From assembly GCA_964522265.1 (NCBI GenBank), contig CAZFVS010000001.1, positions 2,400 through 34,399 of the forward strand: a stretch of DNA of 32,000 nucleotides. Direction: 5' to 3'. The notes under the pieces are model-generated. The model searched no databases, was not told the origin of the DNA, and was given only the letters and a program-made list of their open reading frames with translations. The position numbers were made by a program, and so were the translations under genes. Positions 24,952 through 31,999 of this stretch are shown here, one piece after another. Numbering within the stretch: position 1 is the first letter of the stretch; each line of letters opens with the position of its first letter. This stretch comes from an uncultured Gammaproteobacteria bacterium. Its GTDB lineage: Bacteria > Patescibacteriota > Microgenomatia > Daviesbacterales > UBA10151.

Positions 24952-25944
24952 ATGCAACAACTTTTATATTTAGTTCCATCAGCATCTTCGTATAAAAAAG
25001 CGATAGGAAATGCCTTTCTTCAACTTGGTTGGAAAGTTAAATATTTTGATTACAGAAAAGGTGACTTTCCCATTAGAGTCTATAGATTTCTACCTTTAAT
25101 CGGCGGTTTTGAGAAAGCCAAGACAGTTTTAGAGAATAGGATTATAGAAATAAACAAAGAATTAAAACCCGATTTAATTCTTACTGCAAAAGGAGAACTA
25201 TTAACGGAAAGAGTGATGAAAACTATAAAAAAATCCTGGAATATAACAGCTAATATATTTCCTGACTATTTAAACCACTGGGAGCTAATAAAAAAAATTT
25301 CTGCTTATTATGATTTCTTCTTTACTTTTGATAATGCCATAATAAAAAAATTAAAGAGAATTGGAAGGAAGAATGTATATTATATGCCGCAAGCAACCCA
25401 ACCAGAGAAGAATATAAAAAAAGGAAAAAAATATGATGTTTCATTTGTCGGAACATATAATAAATGGCGGGAAAATTATTTCACTGGATTGAGAAGTCTT
25501 GATTTTAATATTTGGGGGGATAAAAGATGGTTTAATTCCTCACTGAAAAAATATGTAAGGGGTGGAAGGATACCACTAAAAAGAATGAAGGAAATTATTA
25601 AAAAAAGTAGAATCAATATAAATGTTTTTTTTGATGATGAGACTCCAATGGAAGGAGTGAGTATTAGGCCGTATGAAATTACCGGCTCAGGAGGATTTTT
25701 GTTGACTCAATATGTTAAGGATTATGATAATGTTTTTTTAAATAAAAAAGAAATAGTTTATTTTAAAACTCCGGCGGAAATGAAAAGATATATTGAATTT
25801 TATCTCAAGAAAGATGATTTAAGAAACAAAATAGCTGAAAGAGGCTATGTAAGAACTTTAAAAGATCATACTTATGAAATTCGTATGAAACAAATGCTTA
25901 TAATTATAAATAAAGCCCGGAAAAAAGGATCATTTGATATCTGA
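24952..25944 (+). CDS. CgeB-like glycosyltransferase (Glyco_trans_1_2 / DUF3880-type)
   Basis: The C-terminal pattern VSIRPYEITGSGGFLLTQ...EIVYFKTPAEMKRYIEFYLKKDDLRNKIAERGY...HTYEIRMKQML matches the CgeB-family consensus (R.FE..G.G......e.v.f.s.eel...yyl...R..ia..g....HTy..R). Confidence 0.7.
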   Translation: MQQLLYLVPSASSYKKAIGNAFLQLGWKVKYFDYRKGDFPIRVYRFLPLIGGFEKAKTVLENRIIEINKELKPDLILTAKGELLTERVMKTIKKSWNITANIFPDYLNHWELIKKISAYYDFFFTFDNAIIKKLKRIGRKNVYYMPQATQPEKNIKKGKKYDVSFVGTYNKWRENYFTGLRSLDFNIWGDKRWFNSSLKKYVRGGRIPLKRMKEIIKKSRININVFFDDETPMEGVSIRPYEITGSGGFLLTQYVKDYDNVFLNKKEIVYFKTPAEMKRYIEFYLKKDDLRNKIAERGYVRTLKDHTYEIRMKQMLIIINKARKKGSFDI

Positions 25945-27279
25945 AATAATAACCCTGATAGTTTCATATAATCGATCTTTGTAAAGTTTATTATCAAAAT
26001 ACAAATATCTTCTTATGGCAACAGATAAAATATGTTTATAAGTACGATTAACAGCAGATTCATTTTTAAATTTTACTGTCAATATTCTAAAATGATTTTT
26101 TAACCCCTTAAGATTATAGGCAAAAAACCATCCCGGGATAGTCACTGCTCCCTCAAAGTGTTTCCATTTGGATTGTAAACTTGCAGGGATTGGATTATAT
26201 TTATCGGGGTGTGCCAAAACTAAAGTTGATACATCAAAGATAGCTGCCTCTAAAATTAATGAGGACAAGGGTGATATGACAAACAAAGCATTATTTAACA
26301 AGTGTGGATAGTAATTAAGTTCAGGAAAATTTTGTGCCGCCCCTGATTCCATCCCCTTCTCTTTATCCCTGTAATAGTCATCAGCAACCTGAGGGTCAAT
26401 AATGATATGTTTAAAATCTTTTTCTTGAAATAGATCCCTCCCTTTTCTGGAAGCCCTCATTGGATGGGGTCTGTAAACAATTTTGATGTCCTTTATTTTC
26501 ATATCCTCTAAAATCTGATCACAGATTTTAAGCGGGGTTATCTCGTCTGCGGCAGTTGTAGAACCTGCAAAAAGGATATATTTAAAAGGGAATAAAAATT
26601 TGTCCCCCGCTCTTTTTTTGAAATAATTTTCATAACGGGAGCATCCAATTAAAAAACATTGATGCGATTGCATACCCTGAATGTTTACGGCGTCCACTAG
26701 AGCTTGAGGCCCCCACACACCCAAATAATCTGGTTTGAGTAATAATACTCCCTTGCTGGAAAGATTATCCCACCCGTTTGTTAAAAAGAAAGTTTTAAAT
26801 TTATATTTTTCAGATAACAATTTAAGCTCTATTCCGGTTGCTTCATATCCGGATGTTGGGAATAAAACCAAATTCGGCTGAAAATCCTTAATATTTTTTT
26901 CCAAGCTTTTATTGACTACAAATTTCTTGAGTAATATCTTTTGAGCAAAGTTATAAAAAAAAGGCAAAGCAAATAAATTGAATATTAAAGAGTCCTTGAA
27001 ATTAGCATCATATTTTTTTGTTTTAATATCAAATGTAGAGGATTTTTTTTTGAAATGCCGCATTGAAATTTGATTAAAAACTTTAACCCGGTTTTTATTT
27101 TCTTCCAAGCGGATATAGTCAACGACCTTAAAGGATTTTGGGATAAATTTCCGGAGTTTGACAACCGCATCAGAAAGAGCAAAAGCAGTCTGAAAGTTAT
27201 TATTTATTTTGTCTAAGGATCCGGATAAAATAAAATTTCTAAAATAGAGATCATTGTCTATACATACTAAAATTTTCAT
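25930..27279 (-). CDS. GT-B-like transferase, TagB/TagF (CDP-glycerol glycerophosphotransferase)-like pattern
   Basis: I prefer the ATG at 27279 (MKILVCIDND...), which sits downstream of a good promoter; the track start at 27327 lies inside that promoter. Ordered motifs are GVWGPQALVD, YILFAGSTTA, IVYRPHP and FVISPLSSLILEAAIFDV, compared with TagF-type G.P..D, ILYAPTxR, K.HP and ITDYSS..FD. Confidence 0.45.
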   Translation of the reverse strand: MKILVCIDNDLYFRNFILSGSLDKINNNFQTAFALSDAVVKLRKFIPKSFKVVDYIRLEENKNRVKVFNQISMRHFKKKSSTFDIKTKKYDANFKDSLIFNLFALPFFYNFAQKILLKKFVVNKSLEKNIKDFQPNLVLFPTSGYEATGIELKLLSEKYKFKTFFLTNGWDNLSSKGVLLLKPDYLGVWGPQALVDAVNIQGMQSHQCFLIGCSRYENYFKKRAGDKFLFPFKYILFAGSTTAADEITPLKICDQILEDMKIKDIKIVYRPHPMRASRKGRDLFQEKDFKHIIIDPQVADDYYRDKEKGMESGAAQNFPELNYYPHLLNNALFVISPLSSLILEAAIFDVSTLVLAHPDKYNPIPASLQSKWKHFEGAVTIPGWFFAYNLKGLKNHFRILTVKFKNESAVNRTYKHILSVAIRRYLYFDNKLYKDRLYETIRVIISDIK

Positions 27280-27298
27280 ATTTGCTTCAATTTGCATA

Positions 27299-27327
27299 AA
27301 TATAACAGATAGACTTCTACTTGACAA
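27299..27327 (-). promoter_or_regulatory. Sigma-70-type promoter for the 27279 gene, with its -35 overlapping the plus-strand -35
   Basis: On the minus strand: TTGTCA (27327-27322), exactly 17 nt, then TATATT (27304-27299). The ATG at 27279 lies about 20 nt downstream. Confidence 0.55.
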
Positions 27328-27349
27328 ACAATAATGTGATTGTTAAAAT
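27321..27349 (+). promoter_or_regulatory. Sigma-70-type promoter for the 27370 gene
   Basis: TTGACA (27321-27326), exactly 17 nt, then TAAAAT (27344-27349). The ATG lies about 20 nt downstream. Confidence 0.6.
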
Positions 27350-27369
27350 CCCCCAAGAGTTACGACAAA

Positions 27370-28665
27370 ATGCTTACAGAACTACAAAGAGAATACGTCG
27401 ATAAAATACATATACCAAGTCTTGAAAAAGCACAAATAGACTTATTTTTACCAATAAATGTATATGACGATCTATTAAAATTTGAATACCCTAAGTATAT
27501 TTTCCCACGTTATAGAGGTCGCAATTTAAGGATTCTTTGGATTTTAAGGGATGCAGGTGGATTTAGCGCAGGTTTACCTGTTATGAATTTATTAAAAGAT
27601 GAAGCGGTAGATCTATATATAGTTGCTGATAATCCTGCGAAGAGAGAACTGGAAAGTAAAATTGACAGTATAGGTTTGATGAAAACCGAGGAATGTTCGG
27701 TTGGTGGTAGGATGGTTCAGTTTTTACCAGATGGTGTAGTAACTGGGCATTCGGCCAAGTTTGACCTGGAACAAGTATTTACAGCTGTAGCAAAAGATAC
27801 AGGGGCAAAGTCAGTTCTTTATGAAGATATGTCACCTTTTGCAGCATTTTACAGAAGAATTGCCGCTAGGGAAGGATGGCTTGTTGTCCCGGATCATTTT
27901 TTTGCAGGAAGTGAAAGTTCGGCAAAAATAAGTGCACAGTTTGTACCGCAGTTTGCAAATAGAACATCTGTCGTTGGAAACCCTGCTTTTGATAAATTTG
28001 TAAGTGAAAATTTTGATAGTACTTATAAACGCGTAAGACAAGAATTGGGTATAGAGGATGATGAAAAGTTAATTGTTTACATGGCGACAAAAACAAGGGC
28101 AACGTTTTTAACATTTAGGGATTTAGTTAATTACGGTGCCAACAAATTAAACGGAGAAAAATATAAATTATCTGTAAGAGTTCATCCCCAAGAGCAAAAA
28201 GACCCGCAAATAAAAGAAGATTATGCAACAGTTTTGGCTAAAGTAGGGGACCATGCTGTAAATACCATGCTTCCAAATGATGAAGGTAAGATGCGTTACT
28301 CAACTGATGAGATAAGGTTGGCAGCAGATATTGTGGTGACTGACACATCAACTGCAGGTTTTGAGGCAATTTTGGATAAAGGCAGAAGGTTGGTTATCCA
28401 TGCTCTCATCCCTGATAATATGCAAGTAAGGGATGAGTGGAAGGATGAGTTTCCACCTGAACCGGCAGTAATTGCAGATGGTTCAAGCGCTGTAGTAAGA
28501 GGAAAGAAAGAGTTTGAGGGAGTACTTAAAAGTTTGTTTAATGATGCTGAAACTCAAACTAAAATGTTAGAAGCATCACAGATTTGGAAAAATATGAATG
28601 ATGGGCAATCAGCCCAAAGGTTTAGAGATAGGTTAATGGAGATAGTGCAAAAAATTATTTTATAA
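27370..28665 (+). CDS. GT-B-like transferase, TagB/TagF-like pattern (distant from its divergent neighbour)
   Basis: I prefer the ATG at 27370, because the track TTG at 27340 lies within the -10 region of the promoter. Ordered motifs are VVGNPAFDKF, LIVYMATKTRA, SVRVHPQE and ADIVVTDTSTAGFEAIL. Confidence 0.45.
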   Translation: MLTELQREYVDKIHIPSLEKAQIDLFLPINVYDDLLKFEYPKYIFPRYRGRNLRILWILRDAGGFSAGLPVMNLLKDEAVDLYIVADNPAKRELESKIDSIGLMKTEECSVGGRMVQFLPDGVVTGHSAKFDLEQVFTAVAKDTGAKSVLYEDMSPFAAFYRRIAAREGWLVVPDHFFAGSESSAKISAQFVPQFANRTSVVGNPAFDKFVSENFDSTYKRVRQELGIEDDEKLIVYMATKTRATFLTFRDLVNYGANKLNGEKYKLSVRVHPQEQKDPQIKEDYATVLAKVGDHAVNTMLPNDEGKMRYSTDEIRLAADIVVTDTSTAGFEAILDKGRRLVIHALIPDNMQVRDEWKDEFPPEPAVIADGSSAVVRGKKEFEGVLKSLFNDAETQTKMLEASQIWKNMNDGQSAQRFRDRLMEIVQKIIL

Positions 28666-28684
28666 ATTTAGACGGTTTTGATAA

Positions 28685-30649
28685 TTAACGAAACAGGTTT
28701 CTAATTTTTTTAGCTAAACTTTCTGCATCCAGACCGTGGTATTTTAAAACTTCCTGGTTTGTTCCACAAGCCGGGATTATTTCTACTCCAAAAGATACAA
28801 CCTGCGGTTTTTTGTCAAATTCTCTAGTAATTGTTGCAGCAATCATCGTCCCCTGGCCAAAACCAGTGTAGTGGTCGTCAAGGGTAAAAACTGTTTTGTA
28901 AGGATTCAGAATCCTTTTTAACCATGTCGAATCCACTCTGTTAAGCCATGGGAGGTTAATGACTGCCAAACCGACCTTCTCGTCTTTCAAAAGTTTTGAG
29001 GCAAGGTAAGCTTCTTTTAACATAACCGGGCCATATGAAATTATTGCTGCATCATCCCCCTCCAAAATTTTTACCCCTTTACCGTCAGTAAGTTCATATT
29101 TTTTAGACAGTTTGTATGGTAATTCAATAGGTATGCTGACCAGGCGAATATAACTTGATGAAGGATTTTGATAAACTGCCCAATTTATAGCCTGTCTTGT
29201 TTCAGACTCATTGCAAGGCTCCAGCATTATTAGCCCCGGATTATCAGCCAAAGCAGAAATATCTCTCACAGATTGGTGAGAATGCCCCGGTCCCCCAGGA
29301 ATGAGTCCTGCTAAAGACCCAACATAGATGATTTTGGTTCTCTCTGAAGAGTTATTATATATTTGGGCATTTGCATGTGTTGACAGGAAGCAGGCAAAAG
29401 AATGGACAATTGGTAATCTACCCCTAAGTGCCAATCCTCCAGCCATGGAAACCATATCCTGTTCTGCTATTCCGCATTCGACATACCTTTCGGGGATTTG
29501 GGCCTTGAATGGTATGAGGCCTGTATCTAAGACTAAATCTGCATCCATAGCAACAATATCTTTTCTTCGTTTTGCAATTTTTACAAGTTCATCTGAATAG
29601 GCATTTGTAACCAACTTTTCCGGGTTTTGTGGCGACAATCCTTGAGGTATCTCAAAATCTATTAATCCCAAAGGCTCTTTTTTTTCTTGTGATAAATTAG
29701 TATTTACTCTCCTGACTAATTCTGTAATTCCTAATAGATAATGATCTAAGCTTGGTGCACCAGAGTGAAATTTATAAAGATGGTCGGAAGAATTATCTAA
29801 GGCATTGGCACCCTTATGTAATTTCAACCCCTCCATTACAGAGACCCCCTTGCCCTTTATCGTATCAGCAATTAACACCTGTGGTTTGTCTTTTACTCTT
29901 TTAATTCTATTCAAAGCAGTTTGCAAAGCTTGGAAGTCATGGCCGTTACATTTTTGTACAAACCAACCAAATGAGCTAAATTTAGCTTCTAAATCACCTA
30001 AACTGCTGGTGTTTTTAACCCAAACATCTGATTGAATTTTATTATGATCAACTATAATTGTTATTTCTGAAAATTTTCCATTTGCCGTAGGTTGTAAACT
30101 CTCCCAAAACTGGCCTTCCTGAAGCTCGCCGTCTCCTGTCAAGACGTAAAATCGCCCTTTTTTGTCCTCCGAACGATTTGAGATAGCCATTCCCCTGGCT
30201 TTTGATATACCCATCCCCAAGGCTCCGGTATTCGTAACTATGCCTGGGGTTTGAATATCAGGGTGTCCGGGCAGGCCGTTTAACCTTCTTAAGCGGTGTA
30301 CAAAATCAAAATCTAATTTTTCAAGCCCAATTAGCACTGAATATAAAGCTGGAACATCATGACCTTTTGATGAGAAATAAGTATCAGCTTTTTCCATATG
30401 AGTCAGAAGCCAAGTGACAATATCCATACTGGAAAAACTTGAACCGATATGGCCGGATCCGGCTTCCATGATCATAGATAAGGTATTAATACGGAAGATA
30501 TCTGCAAGGATCTGACTTAATGCTATGGGTTCTTTAATCTCTTTTCTTATTCTTCTGATTTCAGCAAGTGGTACAAATTGAAGTTTTTGATCTTTTTTCA
30601 TAAAGGATTGATTAATTTTATCAAGGTTGTATTGTAGGTGAGCGGGCAT
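28685..30649 (-). CDS. Transketolase, single-chain fusion of the short (split-type) N- and C-terminal halves
   Basis: GSGHIGSSFSSMDIV, the TPP motif LTGDGELQEGQFWESL...VDHNKIQ, and the pyrimidine-binding half IAEQDMVSMAGGLALRG..PIVHSFACF. An alternative start is the ATG at 30601. The 30649 start overlaps the aldolase 3' end by 29 nt. Confidence 0.85.
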   Translation of the reverse strand: MPAHLQYNLDKINQSFMKKDQKLQFVPLAEIRRIRKEIKEPIALSQILADIFRINTLSMIMEAGSGHIGSSFSSMDIVTWLLTHMEKADTYFSSKGHDVPALYSVLIGLEKLDFDFVHRLRRLNGLPGHPDIQTPGIVTNTGALGMGISKARGMAISNRSEDKKGRFYVLTGDGELQEGQFWESLQPTANGKFSEITIIVDHNKIQSDVWVKNTSSLGDLEAKFSSFGWFVQKCNGHDFQALQTALNRIKRVKDKPQVLIADTIKGKGVSVMEGLKLHKGANALDNSSDHLYKFHSGAPSLDHYLLGITELVRRVNTNLSQEKKEPLGLIDFEIPQGLSPQNPEKLVTNAYSDELVKIAKRRKDIVAMDADLVLDTGLIPFKAQIPERYVECGIAEQDMVSMAGGLALRGRLPIVHSFACFLSTHANAQIYNNSSERTKIIYVGSLAGLIPGGPGHSHQSVRDISALADNPGLIMLEPCNESETRQAINWAVYQNPSSSYIRLVSIPIELPYKLSKKYELTDGKGVKILEGDDAAIISYGPVMLKEAYLASKLLKDEKVGLAVINLPWLNRVDSTWLKRILNPYKTVFTLDDHYTGFGQGTMIAATITREFDKKPQVVSFGVEIIPACGTNQEVLKYHGLDAESLAKKIRNLFR

Positions 30650-31313
30650 TTTTTACAGCATCTAAATACCTCTTAGTCTTTTCAATAATTTCGTTCCAAT
30701 TTTTCGTTTCCATAATTTTGTCATTTAGTACACCCATTACAATAAATGGCGTACCTGCCCTTAAGAGACCGAAAATTTCTTCTTCTTTAATTCCCATTGT
30801 CGGGAAGAAAACCATCCTTGAAAAATGTCCCCTAAAGTGTTTGAAAAAAGCAAGCCTACGGTTAGGTGTTTCCCCATCGGGCAATAACAATTTTACTGTA
30901 TCGCACCCAAGTTCCATTGCTTGACCCACTTCAGTGTCTGTTGAAACACCCGGTGTAATAGGAACACAGTTAATATGGGCGGCTCTGATCACATCTTTGC
31001 TAACCAAATTACTGACTATAAATTGTGCTCCCTGGTTTATGGCTTGATGTGTTCTTTCACCACTTTGGCAGGTACCTGCCCCTACTAAAATTTCAGGAAA
31101 TTGAATTCTTGCTTCATAGATTGCGTCCAAGGATACTTTCGGAGGGATTGAATGGTTTTCTCTTAAAAGTATTTCTATGATAGGTAACCCGCCTTTGATT
31201 AAAGCCTCAATTGTAAGCATGTAATCTCTTACAGAAGTTGCATACACAGTCGGTACCACTCCGAACTGCTCCATTTTTTTGAATACTTCAAAACGGTGCC
31301 AAATTTCTTTCAT
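30621..31313 (-). CDS. Eda-family (KDPG/KHG-type, class I) aldolase
   Basis: GGLPIIEILLRE (Glu of the IEvTlR motif), VGAGTC, GAQFIVSN, PGVSTDTEV and VKLLLP (the position of the Schiff-base Lys in vKfFPa). Its ATG overlaps the stop of the upstream cytidylyltransferase (ATGA on the minus strand). Confidence 0.7.
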   Translation of the reverse strand: MKEIWHRFEVFKKMEQFGVVPTVYATSVRDYMLTIEALIKGGLPIIEILLRENHSIPPKVSLDAIYEARIQFPEILVGAGTCQSGERTHQAINQGAQFIVSNLVSKDVIRAAHINCVPITPGVSTDTEVGQAMELGCDTVKLLLPDGETPNRRLAFFKHFRGHFSRMVFFPTMGIKEEEIFGLLRAGTPFIVMGVLNDKIMETKNWNEIIEKTKRYLDAVKNARSPTIQP

Positions 31314-31999
31314 ATTTTTTTCTTGATGATAATCTCAGCCAGCATTATATCATTCATAGTATCAATATCAACGACATCATCTTTACCCAGTATAACATAT
31401 CTTATCTTTTCTCCTGTTAACAAACCGTCTTTGATCAATGTATTGTAGCGGACAGCTATAACATCAACATGGGCAAAGGCAGGGGGAAATGATTGCCGGG
31501 GGGCATTGGACGGTTCTTTTAAACCTGTTATCTCTTTTGGAATAAAAGGTTTTAACTGCTCTCCATCAATTCTCCATAATTTATAAGGATGTTTTGGTGC
31601 GGTTTTGATAGTACGGGAAGATGTTGCCTGTGGGTCATTCAGTAAAAGCTCAACGCAGGCATCAATTGATTCCGGTTTGCAAAAAGGGGTGGTAGGGGGA
31701 AGTCTTAAGATAATGTCTGCTCTCCATTTTTCATTATCCTCCAACCATTTTGTGGCATGTGTCAAATATGAAATATCATCAGCAGAGTCTACGGAAAGTT
31801 CAGCTGGCCTTAAAAACGGAGTTTCCGCCCCATAAAGTTGGGCAATTTTGGCGTAATCCTGCGAGTCTGTTGAACAAATAACTCTTGTTACATATTTTGA
31901 TTTTTTTGCAGTTTCTATAATCCATGCCATTAAAGGTTTACCGCCTAATGGATAAATATTTTTATAAGGAATAGATTTTGAACCGGATCTTGCTCCTAC
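31310..31999 (-). CDS. NeuA/KdsB-family (CTP_transf_3) ulosonic-acid cytidylyltransferase, 5' end outside window
   Basis: The frame stays open upstream of the track ATG (31930) to the window edge and encodes ARSGSKSIPYKNIYPLGGKPLMAWIIETA, the conserved N-terminal nucleotide-binding motif of this family. FLRPAELSVDSA is also present. Confidence 0.8.
   Translation of the reverse strand, partial: VGARSGSKSIPYKNIYPLGGKPLMAWIIETAKKSKYVTRVICSTDSQDYAKIAQLYGAETPFLRPAELSVDSADDISYLTHATKWLEDNEKWRADIILRLPPTTPFCKPESIDACVELLLNDPQATSSRTIKTAPKHPYKLWRIDGEQLKPFIPKEITGLKEPSNAPRQSFPPAFAHVDVIAVRYNTLIKDGLLTGEKIRYVILGKDDVVDIDTMNDIMLAEIIIKKKI

Noticed and set aside
28180-28200. VHPQEQKD in the 27370-28665 protein, considered as a match to the HP and Q-x3-KD motifs that I recall being described for beta-Kdo transferases (KpsC/KpsS/WbbB).
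   Set aside because: The spacing is Q-x2-KD and the motif directly abuts the HP, unlike two separate motifs. My recollection of the motif definition cannot be verified here. It should only be tested by a profile search.
3206-31835. About 20 short-to-medium ORFs on the strand opposite the called genes: 3206-3388, 5550-5873, 6257-6826, 11445-11651, 12472-12684, 13369-13917, 13935-14156, 16327-16608, 16790-16972, 18186-18551, 19829-20041, 20923-21210, 22272-22487, 24602-24847, 26985-27182, 27832-28114, 29328-29600, 29805-30035, 30718-30924 and 31605-31835.
   Set aside because: Each lies entirely inside a longer ORF that has clear family motifs. Their translations are low-complexity with no recognisable domain. 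Long antisense shadow ORFs are expected by chance opposite real genes.
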